From NCBI GenBank assembly GCA_012439925.1, contig GCA_012439925.1_4519.1: a DNA stretch of 64,000 bases; one strand, 5' to 3'. The notes under the pieces are model-generated. The model was given only the letters and a program-made list of their open reading frames with translations, had not been told where the DNA came from and made no database searches. Origin of the DNA: a phage. Every line of letters begins with the position of its first letter. Position 1 is the first letter of the stretch. Shown in pieces: positions 35,989-46,818 of this stretch. The translations under genes and the position numbers were made by a program.

Positions 35989-37167
35989 ATGAGTACAGTT
36001 TTTAACACGCAACAAGTCGATGTTTTGAATGAACCGATGTTCTTTGGTTCTGGTCTTGGCCTCGCACGGTATGATATTCAGCGTCATAAAGTTTTCGAAG
36101 AACTTATAGAAAAATCCTTGTCATTTTTCTGGCGTCCAGAAGAGGTAAACTTGATGTTGGACTCTGCGCAGTTCAATAAGCTTCCTCAGTTCCAACAGGA
36201 CATCTTTACAAACAATCTTAAGTATCAATCATTATTAGATTCTATCCAAGGCAGGGCCCCATCTGCGGTACTTATGGCACTGATTTCTGACCCTTCATTA
36301 GATACATGGGTCGCAACATGGACATTCAGTGAAACTATTCACTCTCGTTCGTATACTCATATTATGCGAAATCTTTATACCGATCCATCGAAGGTATTTG
36401 ATGAAATTGTATTAGATGAAGCTATTATGAAACGCGCTGAATCCATTGGACGTTATTATGATGACGTTCTGATTAAAACCCGTGAATGGGAAAATGCTAA
36501 AGAAATTTTTAAGTGTTTTTCCGAAAATGAATATGATTTAGATGCATATTCAAATAGTCTTATGCACATGGAAGAATGTAAACATGACCTAATGAAGTCT
36601 CTTTATCTCTGTTTGCATGTTATCAACGCCTTAGAAGCTATTCGTTTTTACGTATCATTTGCATGTACTTTCAACTTCCATAAAAATATGGAAATTATGG
36701 AAGGCAATGCAAAGATTATGAAGTTCATTGCTCGTGACGAACAACTCCATCTCAAGGGTACTCAGTACATTATCCGTCAACTTCAATCTGGTACTGACGG
36801 TGATGAGTGGGTTCAAATTGCTAAAGAATGTGAACAAGAAGCAGTTGACATTTTTATGGAAGTAAATAGTCAAGAGAAGGAATGGGCTGCACACCTTTTT
36901 AAAGATGGTACATGTCCAGGTATCAATACGCAGAGTATGTGTGCTTTTGTTGATTACTTGACCGTGTCTCGTATGAAACAGTGTGGTTTGCCATGCCCAA
37001 TCACTGATGCTCCGACCAAGCATCCGTATCCTTGGATTCGTGAATATCTGAACTCTGATTTAGTTCAAGCAGCTCCTCAGGAAGTTGAAATCAGTTCTTA
37101 TCTTGTTGCACAAGTTGATAATGACGTAGACCAAAATGTAATCAATTCATACAAAAAATATTTCTAA
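35989..37167 (+). CDS. nrdB: aerobic ribonucleotide reductase small subunit, uninterrupted (no intron)
   Basis: 392 aa; di-iron ligand helices typical of R2; continuous ORF. Confidence 0.9.
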   Translation: MSTVFNTQQVDVLNEPMFFGSGLGLARYDIQRHKVFEELIEKSLSFFWRPEEVNLMLDSAQFNKLPQFQQDIFTNNLKYQSLLDSIQGRAPSAVLMALISDPSLDTWVATWTFSETIHSRSYTHIMRNLYTDPSKVFDEIVLDEAIMKRAESIGRYYDDVLIKTREWENAKEIFKCFSENEYDLDAYSNSLMHMEECKHDLMKSLYLCLHVINALEAIRFYVSFACTFNFHKNMEIMEGNAKIMKFIARDEQLHLKGTQYIIRQLQSGTDGDEWVQIAKECEQEAVDIFMEVNSQEKEWAAHLFKDGTCPGINTQSMCAFVDYLTVSRMKQCGLPCPITDAPTKHPYPWIREYLNSDLVQAAPQEVEISSYLVAQVDNDVDQNVINSYKKYF

Positions 37168-37171
37168 GGAC

Positions 37172-37192
37172 GGGACTTCGGTCCCACTTTAT
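37172..37192 (+). terminator. stem-loop / terminator after nrdB
   Basis: GGGACttcgGTCCC followed by ACTTTATT. Confidence 0.5.
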
Positions 37193-37193
37193 T

Positions 37194-37604
37194 ATGAAAG
37201 ATATTGCCGCCGAATATTCCTTTATTAAATATATAGAATTGGAGCTATTAGAAGATGCAACAATTAAAACCATTGATGCCCCTAATAAGAAAAATGTCAT
37301 ATACGCTATTGCTATAGATGACGAACTTGTGTATATTGGTAAAACCAAGAATTTAAAGAAACGCATTAACTATTATCGAACAGCCATAAATCGAAAAGAC
37401 CAGACTTCAGATTCAAGAAAATCACTTATGATTTTGGATGCCTTAATGCAAGGCAAAAAGGTTGAATTCTGGGCCCGCCAATGTTTTGACCTTTCAGTCA
37501 CTAACGAACTTGGTTCAATGACCATTGCAACAATGGACCTTGAAGAACCACTTTTTATCAAAAAGTTCAACCCGCCTTGGAATATCCAACATAAGAAAAA
37601 GTAG
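37194..37604 (+). CDS. denA: endonuclease II (GIY-YIG family)
   Basis: 136 aa as in T4; GIY-YIG motif VIYAIAIDDELVYIGKT...R. Confidence 0.85.
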   Translation: MKDIAAEYSFIKYIELELLEDATIKTIDAPNKKNVIYAIAIDDELVYIGKTKNLKKRINYYRTAINRKDQTSDSRKSLMILDALMQGKKVEFWARQCFDLSVTNELGSMTIATMDLEEPLFIKKFNPPWNIQHKKK

Positions 37605-37633
37605 TTTACATACCACAAGGATTGTGGTACAAT
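37604..37633 (+). promoter_or_regulatory. T4-type early promoter with embedded inverted repeat
   Basis: GTTTAC 37604-37609, TACAAT 37628-37633; inverted repeat CCACAA / TTGTGG. Confidence 0.55.
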
Positions 37634-37650
37634 TTAAAAAAACTAACTGA

Positions 37651-38784
<1,134 letters not shown>

Positions 38785-38786
38785 TG

Positions 38787-38816
38787 GTTTACAAACACCA
38801 AGGATGGTGTTACTAT
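38787..38816 (+). promoter_or_regulatory. T4-type early promoter
   Basis: GTTTAC 38787-38792, 18-bp spacer, TACTAT 38811-38816. Confidence 0.55.
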
Positions 38817-38846
38817 GGCTTTTATCAACAACACGAGGAGAAAATT

Positions 38847-39347
38847 ATGAATATGCAATTGATTACTAACGATATGGTTGTGGCAGCATTTGGTGATTCT
38901 ACAGATGGAATCCGAGTCTTTAAGAAAGGCCGTGCAGTCGGTTATCTTACAGACCTTCGTACTACTCTAGCGAAAAATGCTAAAAAGAAGTTAAAGCAAA
39001 AGGAATATTCAACACGTTACACCGAAGAGAAACGTGAAGCAATGCCGGAAGCAGTTAATGCTATGGTAGAATTTCTTCAAAACAATTTGACTAAATATGA
39101 CGCTAATGTGTTCATTAATATTAGTCAACCAAACGTACATATCGCAGGTATAAAATTCTACATTATTTGCGACCCTCTTACCGACAAATTCAACCGCCTC
39201 GGAATCTCAAGCCCGTATCATACAGCAGAAGAGTTGTGTGTATTGTTTGAATCGTACAAAATCCAGTGTGATGGTTTGAAAACCGTTCTTATCAATGGAT
39301 TATCCCGAGATGAAATCATTGAGATTATTAAAACATGCTTAAAGTAA
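38847..39347 (+). CDS. alc: Alc-like transcription termination factor (host transcription shutoff)
   Basis: Start trimmed to MNMQLITNDMVV with RBS GAGGAG; 166 aa (T4 Alc 167 aa); position between rnlA and pseT. Confidence 0.6.
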   Translation: MNMQLITNDMVVAAFGDSTDGIRVFKKGRAVGYLTDLRTTLAKNAKKKLKQKEYSTRYTEEKREAMPEAVNAMVEFLQNNLTKYDANVFINISQPNVHIAGIKFYIICDPLTDKFNRLGISSPYHTAEELCVLFESYKIQCDGLKTVLINGLSRDEIIEIIKTCLK

Positions 39348-39691
39348 ATCCGATTTATGCTATAGTAGCAGCTTTTGCTCTAGTTTCTACGGTAACAATA
39401 GTTGTCTTAAACAACAAAGTTGATTCGTTGAATACTGAATTAGCTTCTGTTAAAAAGACCGCTAAAAACAATGCTAAAGTATTAGACGACTTCAAAGCTC
39501 AATATCAGTCAATCGAAGAAATGACTTACAAGAATCGTGTTTTAGTTGACCAACTTAAGGCCGAAAATGAAAAGCTCCGTAAGGATTCGAAGAAGAAGAA
39601 CGTGGTGGCAAGTAAACCAGGATTGGTCGAAAAACAAATCAACAAGTCCTTCGATTCCTTTGCAGAAGACCTCAGGAAGCTCTCAGAATGA
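39335..39691 (+). CDS. i-spanin (inner-membrane spanin, pseT.3-like)
   Basis: N-terminal transmembrane helix followed by coiled-coil periplasmic domain; immediately precedes a lipoprotein ORF. Confidence 0.7.
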   Translation: MLKVNPIYAIVAAFALVSTVTIVVLNNKVDSLNTELASVKKTAKNNAKVLDDFKAQYQSIEEMTYKNRVLVDQLKAENEKLRKDSKKKNVVASKPGLVEKQINKSFDSFAEDLRKLSE

Positions 39692-39978
39692 TTAAATTAA
39701 CCGCAGTTGTATTATCTATTGGTATTTTGGCTGGATGTGCCCAGGATGTGCCCTTAAGCCCTAAAGAAACTTTACATCCGCCATGGCCTGAATCTATTGT
39801 TGAATATAACCAGAAATGGCAAGTAAAGGTTATTGATGGTAATCCATGGGTTGGAATGCCATTTGAAGACTCTCAAGAATTTCGTATCTGGTTAAACGAC
39901 GTAAAAAGATATGTACATGACCAGAAGACTATGATATGTTATTATCGTAGTGGTTTAAAAGAGGAAAAATGCCAATGA
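39688..39978 (+). CDS. o-spanin (outer-membrane lipoprotein, pseT.2-like)
   Basis: Signal peptide with lipobox LAGC; small proline-containing periplasmic domain; overlaps the i-spanin stop. Confidence 0.7.
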   Translation: MIKLTAVVLSIGILAGCAQDVPLSPKETLHPPWPESIVEYNQKWQVKVIDGNPWVGMPFEDSQEFRIWLNDVKRYVHDQKTMICYYRSGLKEEKCQ

Positions 39979-40193
39979 CTAAAGAACAGCATGAATACAT
40001 TAAAGGGCTTATCTATGAATCTGAAATGGCGGCTATGATTTATGGGCGCCAGATTCAACGATTAGAATCTTTGCCTCCGACTAATGACCGCTTGTTAGTT
40101 CAGTCTCGTGCTAATCTGAAAAATGAATATCAGAATAAGTGGGCAGTAGCGACTAAAGCTCTTCACGAGTATATTGAATCTTTAGTAAAATAG
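39969..40193 (+). CDS. hypothetical small protein
   Basis: 74-aa ORF overlapping the o-spanin stop. Confidence 0.45.
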   Translation: MPMTKEQHEYIKGLIYESEMAAMIYGRQIQRLESLPPTNDRLLVQSRANLKNEYQNKWAVATKALHEYIESLVK

Positions 40194-40228
40194 TTTACAA
40201 ACTCTCAGGAGCAGAGTATAATGCTCCT
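40193..40228 (+). promoter_or_regulatory. T4-type early promoter with inverted repeat around TATAAT
   Basis: GTTTAC 40193-40198, TATAAT 40217-40222, inverted repeat AGGAGCA / TGCTCCT; near-copy of 11870-11906. Confidence 0.55.
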
Positions 40229-40250
40229 ATGGATAATTGAGGAAATCTAA

Positions 40251-40549
40251 ATGAAAACATTACTAGAGAATTACATCAAACGGTCTGATGAGTATATTGA
40301 TATCTGCCGTGGAATGTCACTTGGCAATTATGACAAAGATGCAGCAAAGGCACTAGATGAAGCAGGTAAAGCTCTTCGTAAAGCTGCTAAAGAAAAAGGG
40401 TTGGATTTGCAACAACTCAAAAGTCATATGATTAAATTTATTTCTTCAAACGTTAGAAGTACGTCAATTAATAAAAACGTTGCTGAAATTAATAAAGACC
40501 GGCGCGAGCATAACATTCGTATTCTTGAAATTTTCTTAGGAATAAAATA

Positions 40550-40550
<1 letters not shown>
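40251..40550 (+). CDS. hypothetical protein
   Basis: 99-aa ORF, RBS GAGGAAA. Confidence 0.45.
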
Positions 40551-41636
<1,086 letters not shown>

Positions 41637-41637
<1 letters not shown>

Positions 41638-41828
41638 TGAAACGATTATATGAAGTGATTGAGGCCATAGAACAGCATAAAGAATATTTGTTTGTAGCCT
41701 GGCCTTTAGTAAATGGACAGTTCGGTATTGATGTGCTGGACTATGAGCATGAAGAACGTTTGGACGGTGGTATATTTGATAACGTCGACCAGGCAATTGA
41801 ATGGTTAAATGAAAACTATGTACGATAA
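41637..41828 (+). CDS. hypothetical small acidic protein
   Basis: 63-aa ORF, net charge about -9. Confidence 0.4.
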
Positions 41829-42033
41829 ACATCATGAAATCGAAGATGAAGCATACAAAATGCTTCGTAAACTAGTGGGACTTAATATGAGTCCTACATT
41901 AATCAACAAACTCGCAGGAATTCGTAATGATCTGAATACTCGTTACAAAGGCGAATATCATGTAGAGTTTGTTCCTGTAGGTGAACCGACCGAGCGATTT
42001 GTTGTTCGAGTTAAAGTAAATACTGTACACTGA
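41809..42033 (+). CDS. hypothetical small protein
   Basis: 74-aa ORF. Confidence 0.4.
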   Translation: MKTMYDKHHEIEDEAYKMLRKLVGLNMSPTLINKLAGIRNDLNTRYKGEYHVEFVPVGEPTERFVVRVKVNTVH

Positions 42034-42040
42034 GGTAATT

Positions 42041-42316
42041 ATGTTCCCAACTTATTCTGAAATTGTAAAGGTAGTCTTCAGTCAGATTATTGCTAATAAT
42101 ATGTTTGAAGTGCTTGATAATGCAGCCGAACTCAGAGTTCATGCTCAACTAACTCATGTACTCAATGCTTTGCTCCCAGACCAAGTAGATTCTATTGCTA
42201 TTACTCTTCTCCCTGGGTCTGCACACGTCATAGTGGTATTTGATCTTGACGGCGATTTAGTTATCCAATGTGATATCAATTTCGGTACACAAAAAATTGA
42301 ATGCAAAGCAATTTAA
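42041..42316 (+). CDS. hypothetical small acidic protein
   Basis: 91-aa ORF with RBS GAGGTAA. Confidence 0.45.
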   Translation: MFPTYSEIVKVVFSQIIANNMFEVLDNAAELRVHAQLTHVLNALLPDQVDSIAITLLPGSAHVIVVFDLDGDLVIQCDINFGTQKIECKAI

Positions 42317-42318
42317 TG

Positions 42319-42348
42319 GTTTACAACATGGTGGAGTTGTGATACTAT
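42319..42348 (+). promoter_or_regulatory. T4-type early promoter
   Basis: GTTTAC 42319-42324, 18-bp spacer, TACTAT 42343-42348. Confidence 0.55.
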
Positions 42349-42376
42349 AACTCTACCAACAAATGAGGAAATAGAA

Positions 42377-42613
42377 ATGCTAAGTGAAAACCCAATTACA
42401 GTACACGAATTTCAGATTAAAGTAAAAGAATTTGCTCAAGCACTCATCAATAAAGTGTCTGAACGTTTCCAAGATGCAACATTACGAGTTATTCAAGAAT
42501 CTCCACGTTCTTTTCTCATAATCGTTAATCCTAAAGATGGTGACCAAATTACTAATCTTAAATTAGGCAGTGATGGTCTTGTTGAAGCAACTCGAGTATA
42601 TGGAACACTATAA
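42377..42613 (+). CDS. hypothetical small protein
   Basis: 78-aa ORF, RBS GAGGAAA. Confidence 0.45.
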   Translation: MLSENPITVHEFQIKVKEFAQALINKVSERFQDATLRVIQESPRSFLIIVNPKDGDQITNLKLGSDGLVEATRVYGTL

Positions 42614-42733
42614 TGAGAGCTATCTCATTACTATCGAGAATGGTCATAAATCTGAGCACTACCAACTTAGCCTATCTAATCCGGTTAAAGGTATTGTTGA
42701 ATCAGAATCTGTTTATATCTCCTAAGGATTGTT

Positions 42734-43726
42734 ATGTTACCTGTCATCAGAAAACTTATTTCTCCAAAAGAACTGGCTGAGATTATTCCTTTGTCGGAAG
42801 CTTACGCATCACAAGTGGCTTCTCATCGCGAACAAGTTAATTCGATTATGAACGGTGAAGACCCACGCAAACTTATTGTTGTAGGTCCTTGTTCAATTCA
42901 TGACCCTATTGCTGCTGTTGAATACGGCAAACGTCTGGCTGAACTTCAAACTCGTCTTCCTAATGTTCTGTTAGTGATGCGCGTTTATTTTGAAAAGCCT
43001 CGAACTACCGTAGGTTGGAAAGGTCTTGTAAATGATCCATATCTTGACGGAAGTTTTGATATGAACCACGGTCTTATAGTTGCACGAACATTGTGTCGTA
43101 AACTTCTACGTATGGGACTTCCATTAGCAACTGAAGTATTAGACCCATTCACGATTAAGTATCTTTCTGGTATTTTCTCATGGGTTGCTATTGGCGCCCG
43201 TACGACTGAAAGTCAGACACATCGTGAAATTGCTTCAGGTCTACCGATGTGCGTAGGCTTCAAGAACGCAACCAATGGTTCTATTAAAGTAGCTACAGAC
43301 GCGATGTATAGTGCCGCCTGGCCTCATCGGTATATGGGTATGGACGTCGATGGTACTGTAGGCATTGTTGAAGCTGAAGGTAATCAGAATACGCATATCG
43401 TATTGCGTGGCGGGACCAACGGCCCGAACTATCATTCTTCTGATATTCAAGAAGCTTCTAACAAAGCAAGGGCAGTAGGTCTGAATCATTATGTAATGGT
43501 TGACTGTAGCCATGCAAACGCTGATGGGCATTATAGCAATCAAATTGGTATTGGTAAAAATTTAGCAGCTAATGATTTGGTCAAAGGAATTATGATAGAA
43601 TCATTCCTACATGAAGGAAATCAAAAAATTTCCGATAATATGTCCTATGGCGTTTCCGTTACCGATGCGTGCATCAGTTGGGAACAAACTAAAGAGCTGT
43701 TAACTTATATTAATAAGGTTCAATAA
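42734..43726 (+). CDS. class I 3-deoxy-D-arabino-heptulosonate-7-phosphate (DAHP) synthase, AroG/AroF/AroH-like
   Basis: 330 aa; signature motifs GPCSIHD, RVYFEKPRTTVGWKGL, GARTTESQ, DCSHAN, ESFLHEGNQ and DACISWE, with metal ligands (Cys, His, Glu, Asp) in place; shorter than E. coli AroG (350 aa), including at the N-terminus. Confidence 0.8.
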   Translation: MLPVIRKLISPKELAEIIPLSEAYASQVASHREQVNSIMNGEDPRKLIVVGPCSIHDPIAAVEYGKRLAELQTRLPNVLLVMRVYFEKPRTTVGWKGLVNDPYLDGSFDMNHGLIVARTLCRKLLRMGLPLATEVLDPFTIKYLSGIFSWVAIGARTTESQTHREIASGLPMCVGFKNATNGSIKVATDAMYSAAWPHRYMGMDVDGTVGIVEAEGNQNTHIVLRGGTNGPNYHSSDIQEASNKARAVGLNHYVMVDCSHANADGHYSNQIGIGKNLAANDLVKGIMIESFLHEGNQKISDNMSYGVSVTDACISWEQTKELLTYINKVQ

Positions 43727-44307
43727 TGAAAGCTAGCACATACCTTCAGATTGCATATCTGATTTCTCAAGAATCAAAATGTTGTTCATGGAAAGTTGGC
43801 GCAGTCATTGAAAAAGATGGGCGCATTATTTCTACTGGGTATAACGGTTCACCTGCAGGTGGCGTTAACTGTTGCGAACATGCATCTGAAAATGGTTGGT
43901 TGAAGAATAAACCAATCCCAGTCATCGTTGCTGGGCATAAAGAAGGCACTACAGCATTTGGACGGGCCGATAATTTTGTTTTGGCTAAAGAACATCGGGC
44001 TGCTCATAGTGCATGGTCTGCCAATAACGAAATCCATGCGGAACTGAATGCAATTTTGTTTGCAGCTCGTAAAGGTAATTCTATTGAAGGTGCTACGTTG
44101 TATACGACACTTTCTCCATGTCCTGATTGCACTAAAGCTATTACACAGTCAGGTATTAAAAAGGTTGTATATGCAGAATTATATGACCGATCTCCTGAAA
44201 ATTGGGCAGACATTCTTAAACAAGCTGGTATTGAAGTAATTCAGTACTCTCGTAATAATCTTCGTTCTCTGAATTGGGAACAAATCCGAAACTTTTGTGG
44301 TGAATAA
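43726..44307 (+). CDS. cd: dCMP deaminase
   Basis: 193 aa as in T4; zinc-binding HAE and SPCPDC motifs. Confidence 0.95.
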   Translation: MKASTYLQIAYLISQESKCCSWKVGAVIEKDGRIISTGYNGSPAGGVNCCEHASENGWLKNKPIPVIVAGHKEGTTAFGRADNFVLAKEHRAAHSAWSANNEIHAELNAILFAARKGNSIEGATLYTTLSPCPDCTKAITQSGIKKVVYAELYDRSPENWADILKQAGIEVIQYSRNNLRSLNWEQIRNFCGE

Positions 44308-44308
44308 T

Positions 44309-44605
44309 ATGATTTTAACTGAACAAGAAACTATGGTTCTTCGTGAACGTATTAAAACTATTCTGTCTGTAGGCGTTCATTGTGTTGTATTTGAAAAGGC
44401 TAACGGTGATGTTCGTACGATGTTTGCCTCCCGTGATGAACTTGAAGTCAAATACGAAAATAACAATCCGGCAACAGAAGTTCGTTCTGAACCTCGTGAA
44501 TCAGTTCGAGCATTCGATACCAAGTTAGGTCAGTGGCGTTCTTTCCGCCTTGATAAAGTAATTTCGGTTGATGGTACTCCGGTAGAACGTTTGCTTCTTA
44601 TGTAA
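44309..44605 (+). CDS. hypothetical protein
   Basis: 98 aa from ATG just after the cd stop. Confidence 0.45.
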   Translation: MILTEQETMVLRERIKTILSVGVHCVVFEKANGDVRTMFASRDELEVKYENNNPATEVRSEPRESVRAFDTKLGQWRSFRLDKVISVDGTPVERLLLM

Positions 44606-44662
44606 TATGCTTTACGAATAGTATGGTATTATTAATCTATCGTCAAACAACAAGGAAATAAG

Positions 44663-44995
44663 ATGTCTGAAGTACAACTCCCAATTCGTGCTGTTGGTGA
44701 ATATGTCATTCTGGTTTCTGAACCCGCTCAAGCAGGTGATGAAGAAGTTACCGAATCAGGACTTGTGATTGGTAAACGTGTTCAAGGTGAAGTTCCTGAA
44801 CTATGTATAGTTCATTCTGTAGGTCCTGATGTTCCTGAAGGTTTTGTTGAAGTCGGTGATTTGACTCCACTACCAGTTGGACAAATTCGAAATGTTCCAC
44901 ATCCATTTGTGGCTTTAGGACTTAAACAACCTAAAGAAATTAAACAGAAATTCGTAACATGCCACTATAAAGCTATTCCGTGTCTTTATAAGTGA
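44663..44995 (+). CDS. 31: co-chaperonin gp31 (GroES analogue for capsid folding)
   Basis: 110 aa; near-identical to T4 gp31 as recalled. Confidence 0.9.
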   Translation: MSEVQLPIRAVGEYVILVSEPAQAGDEEVTESGLVIGKRVQGEVPELCIVHSVGPDVPEGFVEVGDLTPLPVGQIRNVPHPFVALGLKQPKEIKQKFVTCHYKAIPCLYK

Positions 44996-45119
44996 TATAA
45001 ATAACTATATGAAGAGAACACTCTTCTAAGCGGTAGCCTACAACTGAGAGACTTGTCGAAAGAAGGTGAAATTCAGACGAACGTGGCTACTAAATATTAT
45101 CTCGAATTGAGAATTTAAA

Positions 45120-45368
45120 ATGATTAAACAATTACAACACGCTCTTGAACTGCAACGAAACGCATGGAATAACGGTCACGAAAACTACGGCGCGTCAATT
45201 GATGTTGAAGCCGAAGCACTGGAAATCCTGCATTATTTCAAACATCTGAACCCGGTACAGGCAGCTTTGGCCTCTGAACTGGAAGCAAAAGATGAACTGA
45301 AATATGCTAAGCCTTTGGCTTCTGCAGCTCGTAAAGCAGTACGTCATTTTGTTATTACCCTTAAATAA
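45120..45368 (+). CDS. rIII: lysis inhibition accessory protein rIII
   Basis: 82 aa as in T4; MIKQLQxALELQRNAWNNGHENYGASIDVEAEALEIL matches T4 rIII as recalled. Confidence 0.85.
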   Translation: MIKQLQHALELQRNAWNNGHENYGASIDVEAEALEILHYFKHLNPVQAALASELEAKDELKYAKPLASAARKAVRHFVITLK

Positions 45369-45663
45369 GTTTTAGGTGATTCGCTACCTTAAGTGCGGCT
45401 AGAAAATCGAGGAGCCGTCGAACTGTCTGATTAATGATTTGCGAATCATTATAGTTTTAAGGCCCCGGCAGTTTTACGGTGTACCTCTTGAATGTATTTT
45501 GTACTATCACGCGTCAGAAAAAGGTTATCTGTCTAAGTCGTGGTTGGTATGATGACGGGTTTATGGTTATCCTGTCGTTAAATATCCAAAACCTATGTTC
45601 CCCTTGAGGGCTTGCGCAGGCAATGTCAATAAGTCCTGCATTTTCATTTAAAGAGAATTTATA

Positions 45664-45843
45664 ATGGCAAAACAAGCTAAAGCAAAGAAAGCAGTTGAAA
45701 AGAAAGTTGATGGTACCTCTAAACGCGCTGGATACAAGCGTGGGTCGAACTCTCGTATTAATCAAACAGTTGAGAAGATCATGCGCAGAGCACGTGCAGT
45801 TCTTCGAGATGATGCTTCTCGTTTTGGAAAGGTTGTTGCATAA
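45664..45843 (+). CDS. small highly basic protein (59 aa)
   Basis: Not in ORF track; Lys/Arg-rich (MAKQAKAKKAVEKKVDGTSKRAGYKRGSNSR...); ends 5 bp before a strong terminator. Confidence 0.45.
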   Translation: MAKQAKAKKAVEKKVDGTSKRAGYKRGSNSRINQTVEKIMRRARAVLRDDASRFGKVVA

Positions 45844-45848
45844 TTTTA

Positions 45849-45872
45849 GGGAGACTTCGGTCTCCCTTTTGT
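45849..45872 (+). terminator. intrinsic terminator
   Basis: GGGAGACttcgGTCTCCC followed by TTTT; identical to the hairpin at 30834. Confidence 0.7.
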
Positions 45873-45903
45873 GCGTTTAGGGCAGAAAAAGTTTAAAAAA
45901 GAT

Positions 45904-45932
45904 GTTTACTCTCCTGTAGGATGTGTTACTAT
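45904..45932 (+). promoter_or_regulatory. T4-type early promoter
   Basis: GTTTAC 45904-45909, 17-bp spacer, TACTAT 45927-45932; shares GGATGTGTTA-TATAGACTT with the cassette at 30884. Confidence 0.55.
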
Positions 45933-45974
45933 AGACTTGTACCACCTAATCAATAAAACAACCTGGAGAACAAA

Positions 45975-46343
45975 ATGAAAATCAATCTGAACTCATACAT
46001 CAAATGTAAAGACCACGATGGTTATAAAGCTATCGAAATTAAAGAATTCCAGTGGATGTTATACAAAGAGCAATTTGAGTTCGTAGGTTGTATGACCCCT
46101 GAAGGTCCTTCTGATGATTTCTCTTGGAAAATTGTGTTAGCAAACTTTTTCACAGGTGACACATACGAATTAAAAACTATTATTACAGGTAAAATTCGCT
46201 CAGAAACATATGTTGACGAAGAAACTGGTTACTCTGAAGATGTCACATGGTATCAAAATGGACGCATTACAGCAGATAACCTGATCGAAAAAATGAAAGC
46301 CAAAGGTGTTTTAAATTTAGACAATTGGATTAAAGTTGCATAA
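45975..46343 (+). CDS. hypothetical protein
   Basis: 122-aa ORF with RBS GGAGAA. Confidence 0.5.
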   Translation: MKINLNSYIKCKDHDGYKAIEIKEFQWMLYKEQFEFVGCMTPEGPSDDFSWKIVLANFFTGDTYELKTIITGKIRSETYVDEETGYSEDVTWYQNGRITADNLIEKMKAKGVLNLDNWIKVA

Positions 46344-46347
46344 AACA

Positions 46348-46376
46348 GTTTACTTTGGTACAGGTTATGTTATTAT
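46348..46376 (+). promoter_or_regulatory. T4-type early promoter with embedded inverted repeat
   Basis: GTTTAC 46348-46353, TATTAT 46371-46376; inverted repeat GGTACAGG / CCTGTACC flanks the -10. Confidence 0.55.
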
Positions 46377-46417
46377 AGACCTGTACCAACAAACAACTTA
46401 AACATCTGGAGAATAAA

Positions 46418-46783
46418 ATGAACTACATCAACTTCGAACGTAAATATGTTTCTAACGGTATCGCTGGTTCTTCTGAAGTTATTTGCTTATGGAAACATAA
46501 AAATGGTTCAGTATGTGAAATTGAGCAGTATATGACTCCTAATTACGTTTATATGCGATTTGAAAATGGCATCACGGTTTCAATCACGATGGAAGGTTCC
46601 AACTTCAAAATTGCATTAGATGACGATTTCCGTCAACGTGATTTAGGTACTCATCCTTGCTGGAACGGTGTTAATCGTAAACTTCTGGTTAAAACTTGGA
46701 TTCGTCATATCCTGAGTAACCGAGCTAAACCTGAACACCTGGAAGCAATCTTTGATGTAGTTCTGAACGAATTCGATATCTAA
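46418..46783 (+). CDS. hypothetical protein
   Basis: 121-aa ORF with RBS GGAGAA. Confidence 0.5.
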   Translation: MNYINFERKYVSNGIAGSSEVICLWKHKNGSVCEIEQYMTPNYVYMRFENGITVSITMEGSNFKIALDDDFRQRDLGTHPCWNGVNRKLLVKTWIRHILSNRAKPEHLEAIFDVVLNEFDI

Positions 46784-46790
46784 TTTAATT

Positions 46791-46806
46791 GGGAGCTTCG
46801 GCTCCC
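46791..46806 (+). other. TTCG-loop hairpin directly upstream of an RBS (no U-tract)
   Basis: GGGAGCttcgGCTCCC followed by ACTGAGGAAATT-ATG. Confidence 0.5.
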
Positions 46807-46818
46807 ACTGAGGAAATT

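Noticed and set aside
32474-37167. Group I introns or inteins in td, nrdA or nrdB
   Set aside because: All three ORFs are continuous and of the expected mature protein length; no large structured inserts or embedded endonuclease ORFs were seen.
42611-42734. Possible stop-codon read-through or frameshift linking ORF 42377-42613 to the DAHP synthase
   Set aside because: Re-reading the frames shows two in-frame stops (TAA TGA) and another 11 codons later; the DAHP synthase has its own RBS and start. No slippery heptamer was evident.
45370-45663. tRNA gene in the non-coding interval after rIII
   Set aside because: I found no cloverleaf-compatible arrangement or T-loop GTTCRANYC-like consensus; hairpins are present but do not fit a tRNA. 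Left as an unexplained non-coding region.
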